Assembly (NCBI GenBank): GCA_950097015.1
Contig: CATNEN010000025.1
Location: 3,906,001-3,970,000, forward strand
Reading direction: 5' to 3'
Source: Macrostomum hystrix
Lineage: Eukaryota > Animalia > Platyhelminthes
Length of the DNA: 64,000 bases
The notes beneath the pieces were generated by a model, which saw nothing but the letters and a program-made list of their open reading frames with translations, had not been told where the DNA came from and did no database searches. The translations under genes were made by a program, and so were the position numbers. Positions 41,233 to 52,058 of the stretch are shown one piece after another. Numbering within the stretch: the stretch's first letter is position 1; each line of letters begins with the position of its first letter.

Positions 41233-41376
41233 CGCTTCGCTCGCCTCGTGACCATTATATGCGACCTGACTTTCTGACCATAGAATGCGCATTATAAAGC
41301 TATTATCTTATACGTTAACTCCACTTGCGCCAAATCGCATAGCGAAATCTCGAATGCCATAGACAAATATTCAGTA

Positions 41377-42209
41377 CAGGGCCCGATTTCATAAAAAACC
41401 TACAAGCGACAAGTGACAATTGGACAAGTTACAAGCAACAAGCGACAAGTGACAACGATTTCGGTTTCATAAACCGAAGCTCGCCCTTCGTGTTAAAAAA
41501 TAGATCGTGTCTGGTGTCTATGGGCAAACTGTGAGAAATCGATCCATTTTTGTGGAGACACTTGTGTTGCCTCCTTAGTCTATGGTCCAAAGCCAAACTC
41601 CCGGCGGAACTCGAAAATCTGGTTCACTTTTTAAAGCTACGTTATCATTCTATCACAGTATACTAAATATTCTCTGATCGCAAGTCATTATATTTTTATA
41701 AAGTGTTCTTACTGTTTGATTATGAAGGAGAAAGAGGCTGCCAAGAAATAATAGGTCCAATTATTTGCAGCAAGTTCTCCACGTGATCAGTTCGGAGTCT
41801 AAAACGCTCAGAAAAGTAAAAGCCTTGGGGCTGGAAATTAATACGTTCCTTGAATGTCCTTGGAAATTGTCTAGCCAGCATTGCCAACTCCTCTTTATCT
41901 TCCGTGTCGGACATGGCGAAAGCAAATATAGTAGAAGTTTGCGATCTGTGTTACAAGTGTCCCAACCACTTGTCAAACTCGGATGAATAAAAGAGCCGAT
42001 TCTGCGCAGAAGCAACTGATTCAGCAAATATCTATGGTCAAAACCCCGAGAAAAGCGCTTTTAATTTGTCGAATTTTACTTGTCACTTGTAACTTGTAAC
42101 TTGTCGAATTGACAACTTGTAGGTCATGTTTATGAAACGCATTAATTTACGGAATTGTCACTTGTCAGTTGTAATTTGTCGGACAAGTGCTTTATGAAAT
42201 CGGGCCCTG
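41377..42209 (-). mobile_element. Internally deleted PIF/Harbinger element
   Basis: Perfect 19-bp TIR CAGGGCCCGATTTCATAAA; ACAAGTGACAA/ACTTGT subterminal repeats. Minus ORF 41720-41914 (RTFKERINF...FSERFRLRTDHVENLLQIIGP) resembles the Harbinger transposase N-terminus. TSD unclear. Confidence 0.75.
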
Positions 42210-42288
42210 AAAGTCATTTAAGGCACACAAACGCTAGCAAGACTAGACTAGAATGTATGATTGACACTAAGTTCGCAGTGCGCAGCGC

Positions 42289-42639
42289 TTTTTACTTAAT
42301 TGCAGGGGGGCCTGGGGCACTTGACGCACAAGCGCAGGAACGGCATGCCCCCAGGCCGGCGAACTAGGCGGGAGTCGCCCATCGCGCCATCTGGACCCCT
42401 GGACACAGGCACCTCACACACAGCCGCAAGCCAAGCGGGGAAGGGGGCGGCAGCCGGAGTGCCTCTCATCCCAGGCCCGCACACGCACAGAGCTGACCAA
42501 ACCAGGGAGGACTTACATGCCTGAAGGGTAGGGACGAGAGGACCAAGCCACGCGCGCAGAAACCTCGCCGCTCAGAGCACGCATGGCTGGTGCACACCCG
42601 CCCCACCCCCCATACAACGCCTCACACCCGGCCCAACGC
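42289..42639 (-). mobile_element. Short GC-rich retroposon (SINE or 5'-truncated LINE 3' end)
   Basis: Exact 13-bp flanking duplication CAGTGCGCAGCGC (42276-88 / 42640-52); A-rich tail on the minus strand (TAAGTAAAAA). Confidence 0.65.
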
Positions 42640-42804
42640 CAGTGCGCAGCGCATTCGAGCCAAGACGTTATCAGCACTCAAAACTTAGTGTTATACGCAT
42701 TGTAAAATGCGAATTAGGTCTCTGACTTTTGGCCATAGACATCCATTTACTGCACGATTTTTTATTTTCATCGGAAAAAATCGAAGGACTGCCATAGACA
42801 TACG

Positions 42805-43080
42805 AATGCTGACATCTGTAAAGTGACTGGCCACAAGCAAGTGAAGACAGTAGAACGATATCTGCAATTCGGAAGCAGACGAACGTCCGAGATGCGGGCT
42901 ATGTGCAACTCATTGCACTCATCGCTTCATGAAGCCAATGCTTCGAACGGCCCCGATCGATTGAAGATGTGTCAGCCAGCGGAGCACGATGTTTCGAACA
43001 GTGGTAGTTCGACCGAGCCTCGGACATGTTATCTTCAATCTCAACTTCAATGGAAACGTGAGTGGGTGCACCTTTAATTT
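42805..43080 (+). pseudogene. Crypton-type tyrosine recombinase C-terminal fragment
   Basis: ADICKVTGHKQVKTVERY contains the TGH...Y catalytic end of YR/DUF3504 proteins. Confidence 0.6.
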
Positions 43081-43224
43081 AACGAAATGATTGCAGCTGC
43101 ACAATAGCAAATGATTTGACATCAATAAGATCTTAAAATTACGAGCTATTTCGATACTGACGAAAGTACAAGTAATTAATGTGTTATATCGTTGTCCTGT
43201 TGAATTTTTAATAGAAATATACGC

Positions 43225-43850
43225 ACTGAAGAGATGTCACAGAGCAGGGCATTCTTGGTGATTCTAATCCTAAGCAACTGCTGTACACTGTCATCTTTAC
43301 GCTAGGCAAGGCTTTTGGCTTGCGTGGTGGTAGAGAACTACATGAACTGGAGTTTCAGAAGCAAATTAAAATGGGATTTGACGCAGGAGAGGAATCTTTA
43401 CTATTTAATGAGGCGACGGTCACCAAGACTTGCCAATGTGGCCTGAAGACTTATAACAGACCTTTAAAGACTGGAAAGATATTCCTCACTATTGATCATC
43501 GGTTCTGCACCGTGTGTCTCTACAATAAATATAGCGAAAGAAGACCGCAGGAATGTACCAAATCATGTCTGTTTCTTAACTGGTTTCGCAGTGAGGAGGC
43601 TGTAAAGAAGGGTAAATGGTACCAGAATCAAGCGGTCGGCCGACATACAATCGACCAAGTTGTCAAGAGTCTAACTGCTAGTCTACCTGTACCTACTGGA
43701 GGACGCTACACTAACCAGACGCTAAAAAAACGTGCGCAACAACCTTGCGAGACGCAGGCCTTGAACGAGCTGAAATTGGTCGAATAACCGGTCACTCGTC
43801 AAATGCTCTGGAGCGCTACATCGGTTCGTCCAAGGACACTATTGAATGAA
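43225..43850 (+). pseudogene. Crypton (DUF3504/ZMYM-KCTD1-like) tyrosine recombinase remnant
   Basis: QGILGDSNPKQLLYTVIFTLGKAFGLRGGRELHEL...FCTVCLYNKY..RRP...WYQNQAVGRHTI...RYTNQTL, then frameshifted ITGHSSNALERY. Confidence 0.8.
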
Positions 43851-44774
43851 AATCTTCAATTAACGTCGAAAAATAGAATGCGTCAAGCTCAATTGTTATC
43901 CGTTCTATTGTTATGTTAAAAATATACGAGTGAATTTTCGCGTTCCTGAAGAAATATAATAATATAGCTGTTCAGCTGTTCTAATATACTAGCGAGCCCA
44001 TTATCTATATAATGGTCCTGCTAGCGAGCCCATTATACAGATAATGCGCCAGTGATACTTCGGTTTGACCATAGACAAGACCATTCCCTAAAAATAAGCG
44101 GACCAATATACGAGCTTTTTGGCGCAAGTGGAGTTTATATGTCGCTTCATTTCAGGCATATTGGACTATTTCTTTTACTCTGTGATAAATATACTAAGCA
44201 GGGATTGCATTGCCATATTCGTTTTTTATTAATCTTAATACTTTTAATACAATAGTTTCATTTCTTCGATGTCCCCCACTTTGCTATGTCCTAGGGGCGA
44301 CGATCATTCTGTGGATTTCAGAATCGGTTGAAATGACTTGTGAAGTAATATTCAAGTACCTTTATGTCATTTTGTTGGAAGTTTTGAATACAAGTTTCAT
44401 TTTTTATCTATGCCATTGCTTTAAAGTTATACGATACGCTCGTATACAATAAAAATTTGGAATGGTATTTTTTATTTTATAGACATTTTGCTAAGTGAAT
44501 CTAGACTTCTAAGCTATGTCAAAGCAAAATTTTAATTTGTAGAGCCTATTGAAATTAAATTTAATGAGCTTCAAAAGACGAAGACGAAGCTGGTCCAGAA
44601 GCTGGTCCGCGAGTGATTTATCATCCATAATTTCTGAAGCTGTTAAATATGGTACATAAAGTGGCCCCTTTTGGCCACTCTTTGTGGCCCGGATTAGGAC
44701 ACTTTCGGCCCCTCTCGGCCCCTCTCGGCCTATTTACAACCGGCCTCCACTTCGGCCACTTATATTTAACAGTG

Positions 44775-44885
44775 TGTGCCATTCTAGGGATCAAGATTGA
44801 AGCCGCAGTCAATGGCTACAACATACCGTCCATCCGTGCGCTGTTGAACAACCTGCATGGAATGGATATCCTGTCCTATCTCTAA
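44775..44885 (+). pseudogene. 3' part of the orphan ORF split by the CACTG element
   Basis: CAILGIKIEAAVNGYNIPSIRALLNNLHGMDILSYL*, in frame with ...WFSDVK at 34073 after removing the element and one TSD copy. Confidence 0.55.
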
Positions 44886-45692
44886 GTATTGGCAAGGGCT
44901 ATGCCTGCGTCAGTTAAGTGTTGTCTTGTTAGGTAGAAGCAATCTAATGCATAAATTATGCAAATTGCCGAAGGTAGCTTAAAACTACCAAGAGGTTCTG
45001 GAAGCACGCTTTTTAAGCATTGATAATTAGCACCAGTTTAGAGCAGGCTGAAACCATCGTGCGCGCCTTTCTAACCGTTCTGCTAGCACCTAGCCTACAT
45101 GACATTTATGTTGCTCTTGCAGATGGCAACCATGATGCGCCGCTGGCCGTAATTCGTTCCTTCGTTACGGGTAATCAGCCTATCGAAGAGACTGAGCTCC
45201 AGCTCCGCAATTAGCCAAACTTTCAGCGCCAAGACAAGACCCTTATAAGATCATTACCGTTCTGGCAATGGGTCGAGAGATTTTGTCCTCACTTATGAAT
45301 AGAAAAGCTTGTGAACTTAAAAAACTTTTCCGATATACTTTCGTATATATGAGCAATATGAGCAACGCACAGCATCAGTTTCGACTCTTTGAGTTAGCAT
45401 GCGCTAGACAGAATCAAAATTAACATCAAAATCAATACCTCGAGTTTAAATTTAAGAATAAATTCTCGTTACTTTAGAAACACCTCATACAACTAAATAA
45501 CTCGTATTTTTTTTTTAATTTGCAGTGCAATACTTCAAATCTTTTCATTATCTGTTTCATCAATTCTGCTGCAAACAACAGCACTTATCGTTTGACTTTT
45601 GCTAGATTTACATACCATTTTTGCGACGCACAAGAATGAAATCTGAATGATTTTTAAATGACTGTTTCATGGTGTTATTATATATATATTAC

Positions 45693-45991
45693 TGTGGCGG
45701 TCAAGGGCAATTGCACTCTGTGGCAGCCAATTGCAAGCTGCTCTACCCGCCGACTTTTCACACCACCCCACGTCTGCACGCGGCCAACCCCGGGGGTTAG
45801 GGGTGGGCGCCACTCCTCCCCGGTGTGGCGTGTTTGGGCGGAGTGACCTTGACTTTTTACCGCTTGTTTACGCGCTGGCCATATAAGACGGTTTGCGTGC
45901 GCCTCCTTCTGTTTTATCCTTTTCCGCGTATCGCTTTGCTCTCCGCAAATATACACTTCGCACGCAGTAGCTAGCTGCCTGCTTCATTACA
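45693..45991 (+). mobile_element. Possible solo LTR
   Basis: TGT...TTACA ends; GC-rich island in AT-rich DNA; CATATAAG TATA-like box; no TSD found. Confidence 0.3.
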
Positions 45992-46439
45992 ATCTATTTA
46001 AAATTAAAATTAGAACTAATTTTCTAATGTCCGAAAATCACACAATGTTCTCGAATAGCACTTTCAACCATAATAATGATAATTTGCTAATTTATACGCT
46101 CGTATTAATATTTAAATTTATTATTTCTTATAAATTCTTGTATGTATGAGCTAATTTGCATATTTTATATAAAGCTGTTGCGTGCTGAAGTGTTTCCACA
46201 CTGATTTTATATTCGATTTTATAATTTGCACATTTCATGTCAATGTATTACGAAACTATAATGTGATTTTAATAGTTAATAAAAAATTTTACCTAATTTG
46301 GCTGCAGTAAAAAATATATAAATCTCGCAGTGCATTAAACTTAAAAGGACGGGAAATAAAAAGGCTAACAAAATTGCAACTTAAGCATTTTAGATCATAT
46401 ATACTTTATTCTTATTTGATGCTTGAAATATTTTAATTT

Positions 46440-46704
46440 AACAATACAAATACAGGACATCATTCTGAATAAGACGACATATGATAAGTATGGATTTGAA
46501 GTATAGGAGTATCCATGGTAGCATTTTACAGGACTTTCCGAAATATGCACAATTTGCTGTCCTAAATTTGGACCATAAAGTTCGGATCTTTGATTTCGGA
46601 CCTTCAAAAAATACAGACCTTCTAGGATCCTCTATTTTGATGCTCCAGACCTTTGAATTCGGACCCCTTCCGGAACTTATTTCGGACCTTTAGGATTTAC
46701 TGTG
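46440..46704. mobile_element. Right-end remnant of a CACTG-type element
   Basis: Clustered CGGACC/GGACC subterminal repeats ending TTTACTGTG|TA, like the 47664 end; left end not found. Confidence 0.5.
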
Positions 46705-46721
46705 TATTTAAGATTCGCCCT

Positions 46722-48767
46722 ATGGTGAAGTGTGAACTCAATTATGTAAACAGTCTCCTAGCCCTCCAATCTGACTCCATACCATTAAACCATTTAATGT
46801 CACCAATACGCTCCAATAACGAGAGTGAAAATGAAAATCTCGAGAACATTGATACACTGTAAATCATAAGGGTGCGCATGGGGTCCGTTTTGTCAAAACG
46901 GACCCTGGGGTCCGAAATATATGTTTTTACTTCGCACCTCTCACACATACAGTAGCACATAAATGTTATGTGCAATGGCTTAAAATGCATCTTAAGTGAA
47001 GGTAACGCTTGTTTCTCAGTCTTTTATACTAATGTAAACTTCATGCAATGTCCAAGAACTGCGTATGAACTGATTACATAGTTTCCATTTTATTTTCACT
47101 ATTCTTCAATGAAAATTTTCATTTAATGCTTACAAGGTAAAACGAAAAATAAACAATTGGCATAAAAGATTATTATAACGTTTCTTTTGTTGTACTGTGC
47201 CTGTGTGTTTCGAGACTTTGATCCGTACGCAGTTGACAATTTAAAAAGCAACGTGCTCTCATCACCGTGCCGTGTTTTATAGTTAACTCTGCTATAAGTT
47301 TCAGATTTTCGGCCTTGCGTAGCTGTATAATTGTAGCAATCATCGTGATAATGTAGTTAAATTTTGTATAGTACAAAATTAGTAATATAATTGCAAACAT
47401 CATTATCTTCGCAATTGCCAATACCTGATTAGCAAAGCCTGCAGATTGCTGCCTCCTGCAACTCGTTTTTGGGAAATAGTATTCGCCTTTTTCGTTTTTT
47501 CCTTTTGGCGGGTTCTTTCTGTATAATAAAAAGGAGCGTGAGCGACCTGAAAAAAGTGGACCTTTTTCGGACCTCCTTGAAAAACCGGACCCCTATGGGT
47601 CCCTATATAGCGACGGTCCGGACCCTCGTCGGACCCTTTTTCGGACCTTTTTAAAATTACAGTGTATCATCTATCAACTCCTGAGCGAAGTGGATATCGA
47701 CTTGTTCCCCGGGGAGCCCTCAACAATTCCAAAACCCACAGTGACTGAATCCTAGCCAACAAAATGAGTCGCCTCCCGAGCCGAGTTATTAGCAGAGCCT
47801 GCCCTGAAGAAAATTGCATTTGAAAAGACCACAAGGAATTGTATACTGAAAACTTAGTCCGAGACAGCAGTCAAGGTGCCAGTCAGTGTATCAGTGTCAC
47901 CCTGCCGGAGCGTCACCCTCCCGGAGCAAGGTCCAGCATGGAGCTATCTGCCTTGCAACTGCTCTGGCCCATCGCGCCTTGACCCTCAAGGCAGCCACAG
48001 CCACAGCAGCCGTCACCCAACATTACAAGATAGCCAACCTGCCCTTAACTCCCTGCCAAGCCAAGGAGGAATCGAAGATTATATGACCCGGCCACAGGAA
48101 CTTCTTCCCCAACAAAGACTCAGCACTCAGCAGCAGCATCCTCAACGAGCCAGCAGTCAAATGAGCCCCATCCCTCTGTGAGCAACATACTCCAAAAGCT
48201 GAAGAAATTCTACCGCCCAAAACCGATCTCACCTCTGCTCATGGACAGCGAATCTGACAAAGACTCTGCCCCCCTGTCCGGAACTGCCAAAATAGAAGAT
48301 CCCAGATCTCAGAAACATCTTGACCAAGCCGTGCGCATCGTCAATCGTTGGAGATCCCGCCTTGCCGGTCACCATGCCTGCAGACCACCGCCGCCCCAGC
48401 AGCGAGACATCGGTGCCAATATCAGCGACGCCCTGAGCTCGATTCCACAGGAACAACACGAGCATTACTTTGGCTAATCAAGCGGATGGAGACCTTCCAT
48501 CTTCGCGTGCCCTACCTAAATCTGGAGCAGTCTCTGCCGGATCGTGACCAAGGGCGCATAGTCCTAACGGAATTGATGGACTGCTATTTAACGGAGCAAG
48601 GTATCGCAGTCTGGCAACAAGCCACCACCCACCCACTCCGAGATGCCAGGAGAGGCATGTATGTATGTTTCTACCCATTCCTGCGCCAGGAGATACGTCG
48701 TATTGGCAACCAAGTTGGCTGGCCAGACATCGACAAGTTACCCGAGGAATTTGGCTTTCAACAGTGA
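46722..48767 (+). pseudogene. Degraded orphan coding region(s), probably TE-borne
   Basis: Frameshifted plus-strand protein-like pieces, ending ...LTELMDCYLTEQGIAVWQQATTHPLRDARRGMYVCFYPFLRQEIRRIGNQVGWPDIDKLPEEFGFQQ*. No family recognised. Confidence 0.35.
46855..47664. mobile_element. 810-bp CACTG-ended (CMC-EnSpm-like) non-autonomous element
   Basis: TA|CACTGTAA...TTACAGTG|TA with GGACC/GGTCC subterminal repeats. Removal restores the frame ENLENID|IIYQLLSEVDIDLFPGEP. Confidence 0.85.
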
Positions 48768-49056
48768 ATAGCTTATGAACTTTGTGACTATGAACATTAT
48801 CTGCATTTTAAATGTTTTATCCACTCTGTTTTGCATTGCTCATTTACTCATTTGCTCTGTTTATTAAAATCTCACGCGAATGCATGCTAATTTTCTTGTT
48901 TAATTTTAATAAGTAGGAAAGCCCGTTGAGGCAGCCAATAATTAGGATCTTTGCTGCCTTTGTGTATTAAATATACACAAACAAATTTAATTCTCGCCAC
49001 TTTTCTTCCTCACGTGCTAGCTACTTATCGTAATATTCACGCAATGTAACGATATA

Positions 49057-50298
49057 CACTCAGCAACATTTAAAACGCAACACTCTAACTAGAAGAAAAA
49101 TCAACTCACTCAGAAGAGTCAAAGTGCATAGTCTATGGTTCAAATCGAGCTTCAGAAACGCGTGTAGCCTCCTCTCGCAAGTAACAGGGCGTTGACTCGA
49201 CGTGGCATTCCCAGAACAAGGCGTCGAAAAAAGTCCTGGGGAATTTCCTGCCACGCGTTAGCAACAGCGTTTCGCAGTTCAGCGACTGTCTGCGGCGGAT
49301 TCTGCCGTTGAACACTCCGCTTGATAAAGGCCCAGACATGTTCAATTGGGTTCATATCAGGGGATCTCTAAGGCCACCGAAGATGTAGTTTGCAGTTTGC
49401 GACGCCACCAAAGTGGTTGTTAACAAAAGGGAGCAGATGCGTCTGCAGCAAACGAGCGTACTCATCGCCGTTCACGTTTGCGTCTAAGAAAACCAGCTGG
49501 GTCCTGCCTCGCATTGAAATCCCTGCCCACACGTGTACGGAGGGTCCCTGCCCATCGCAGCTTTGCACGTGCTGCTGCAGAAGCTCTTGCCGTGGCTCAC
49601 GCCAGACGCGAATTCGACCATCACTGCGAAAAAGACGAAACCGACTCTCGTCTGTAAAGATAACGCGCTGCCACTGTCCTTGCCGCCAGTGCGCCCGCTG
49701 CATGGCCCACAGTTCCCTGTTAGCGACATGTGCAGGACTCAGGCGCGGCCTCCTCCGCATTTTTCTTGACCGCAATCCTGCAGCGTGAATCCTGCGGCGA
49801 ATCGTCTGCGCGCTGAGAACGTTGCCTCTGCGGCTTCTCTCTGCCCACATCAATCGCAGGAGTGTGGCAGGCAGTGTGGGGTTTCCACGCACTATTCTCA
49901 GCAGGCGTCGATCTGCCCTCGCTGTTGTACTGCGAAGTTGGTGAAGCACCGTACCTTTTCTCGCGTGAGCCACGCTTCCAGTGGCTCTGCTCTTCTGTAG
50001 CAGACGTAAAACTGTTGAAGGCGACCTCCCGAAGTGGTTCGCAACTGTTCGAAGAGTACAACCTGCTTCCAACATTCCGACTGCTCGCCATCTTTCCGCG
50101 TCTGTCATCTGTTGAACCATTCTCTCAGCTGGATCACTCTGTCTGAAAACAAACCATAGTCATCGCCCTGTTACTTGCGAGAGGAGGCTACACGCGTTTC
50201 TGAAGCTCGATTTGAACCATAGACTATGCGCTTTGACTCTTCTGGGTGAGTTGATTTTTCTTCTAGTTAGAGTGTTGCGTTTTAAATGTTGCTGAGTG
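49057..50298 (-). mobile_element. Tc1-family DNA transposon, full length but inactivated
   Basis: ~135-bp TIRs starting CACTCAGCAACATTTAAAACGC; TA TSD on both sides; encodes a Tc1 transposase. Confidence 0.95.
49152..50120 (-). pseudogene. Tc1 transposase pseudogene
   Basis: HTH N-terminus, VIFTDESRF, SVHVWAGIS, WP..SPDMNPIEHVW. A deletion/frameshift near 49370 removes the second catalytic Asp (QDDNA motif). Confidence 0.92.
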
Positions 50299-50391
50299 TA
50301 TACCGATTTTTTTCGGCAGCAATTGCGTAAGCTGAAGCCGCGTAGCGGCTGAAGCTTAGTAGAGCAATTGCTGCCGAAAAAAATCGGTATA
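50299..50391. repeat. Nested palindrome/hairpin upstream of the Crypton recombinase
   Basis: Perfect 28-bp arms TATACCGATTTTTTTCGGCAGCAATTGC (50299-326 / 50364-391) around TAAGCT/AGCTTA and AGCCGC-GTA-GCGGCT. Confidence 0.9.
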
Positions 50392-50636
50392 TGTCATTAT
50401 TGTACCCTTTTGACTTCCCTTGTCTATGGCCCAGACATAGTGCGGATGCTGAGTATGAAATGCGATTGTTGCCGGAATGTTGCCGGAGAGCAAATTTAGT
50501 CGCTCTCTAAATGAAAGGGTTGTAGAGATAATTAATCGTTTATGGCAAATTTAAAGGACAGTGAAGACAGCTAGCCTGGCTGCCATGAGTTAATTCTCAA
50601 GTTGATTTTGAGCTTGAATTAATTCTCCTATTCGGA

Positions 50637-52058
50637 GTGCAAATAGGAAAAGTAGCTATGATTCACTACGCAAACATTCCTGGCGGAGAAATATGTGGAC
50701 TCTCCACGGACGAGTTGGCTTTTGTCACCCGAGAGTCGAGCACGCGCTACGTTCTGGAGATGGACAACCTGGATGCGTCGTCCAGTTCCAACGGGCTGCC
50801 TGAGCTACGTAGCGAAGATCTGGAAATGTTGGACCGACTTGAGAGTGACTCAGTGCCGAAATCGACCGAGACGCAACGGAAGCTTCACGTGGCAAGGTTC
50901 CGACAGTTCCTCAACGAGAAGGGGCTCTGCCAGGAGTTTGAGCGTGTTCCGGATCGATTTTTGAACGATTATCTGAGGCTTTTCTATTCATCTCTTCGAA
51001 AGCAGGATGGAACTTACTATGCGCCAAAGTCTCTCATCTGTTTTCGTGCGGCTATTCAACGCCACCTGCAATCCCCGTCCGTTAATCGCCAGGTGAAGCC
51101 TTCAAGCGTTGCAATGGCGTTCTTGTCGCCATGGTGAAAATGTACATGGAAGGACACGTCGAGAAGGTAGACAAATACGAAGCTATTTCCGAGGACGACA
51201 TGCAAACAATTCGCGCATACTTTGACCGAACGTCCCTTCGTAAACTGCAGGACGAAAACATTTTCAACGTTCTGCTCCATTTCGCACTGCGAGGCCGAGA
51301 AAATCTGAGAGAGTTGACACCTGGATGTTTTGAGATAGTGTCAGAAGGAGGTACGGAGTTTGTACGCGTCGCTGTCGCCATGCTGTCGAAAAATGTTAAA
51401 GCGTCGTTGAACGAGAAGGCATTCAAGGATCTCAAGTTAGCTCGGATGTACAGCGTGCAAGACAAAACTGTTTGTCCCGTCGAAGCCTTTAAAATGTACG
51501 TCTCTCAACTACCGAATGGATGTGAGGTGTTGTTCCCAAGGCTCAATAAGTCTGGCTTCTCAGCCTGCCAACGACTCGGCAAAGATTCACTTGGAGACTT
51601 CATGAAGAATCTGAGTGCGTGTCTGGCTCTGCAGCGGAAGTACACCAACCATTGTGTGCGAGTAACCACGGTGAGTAAAGATCGCATGGCCTACTCACTT
51701 CAGTAAAACTGTAAGAATACTGTCTTACCCAACTGCTGAAACTTAGGTGAACTGTTTGGCCAAGGCCGGTTTCGATAATCAAGCGATTACACTAATGACG
51801 GGACACAAGAATTCGAGCTCAGTGGATGTATACAAGCGGCGAGACATGGACTGTGTGGCCCGAATGAGCGCTTGTCTGGCTGCCTATGGGTCCAAAGTCA
51901 CCAAGATTGACGACGATGCGGAATCCACCATCGAAAGTGTGACAACTGGGTCTGATAGAGGCGAGCTGATGAAAGCACCCGAGGGCGGCCAAGACCTGCC
52001 GAGAAGCCTCTGTGGTGGTCAGTTCCACAACTGCACATTCAACTTTTACGGAAAGTAA
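50637..52058 (+). pseudogene. Crypton tyrosine recombinase gene with one intron (51671-51746) and one frameshift (~51105)
   Basis: Catalytic set ALRGRENL, NHCVRVT, TGH, DVY; N-terminal FYSSLRKQDGTYYAPKSL...RAAIQRHL; phase-0 GTGAGT...TTAG intron joins RVTT|VNCLAKAG. Confidence 0.9.

Larger units (their letters stand above)
34076..44774. mobile_element. 10.7-kb CACTG-ended (CMC-EnSpm/CACTA-like) non-autonomous DNA transposon containing the viral sequence
   Basis: Left end CACTGTAAATTATAAGTAGCCGCAAGAGTGGCCGGATGTA; reverse complement of right end CACTGTTAAATATAAGTGGCCGAAGTGGAGGCCGGTTGTA. 2-bp TSD TG (34074-75 / 44775-76); GGCC(G) subterminal repeats at both ends; excision restores AAG TGT GCC ATT (K-C-A-I). 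No transposase seen. Confidence 0.88.

Noticed and set aside
41240-44140. Inverted motif pairs as TIRs of one element
   Set aside because: The two motifs are not in mirrored order, so this is not a simple TIR pair; kept only as a junction clue.
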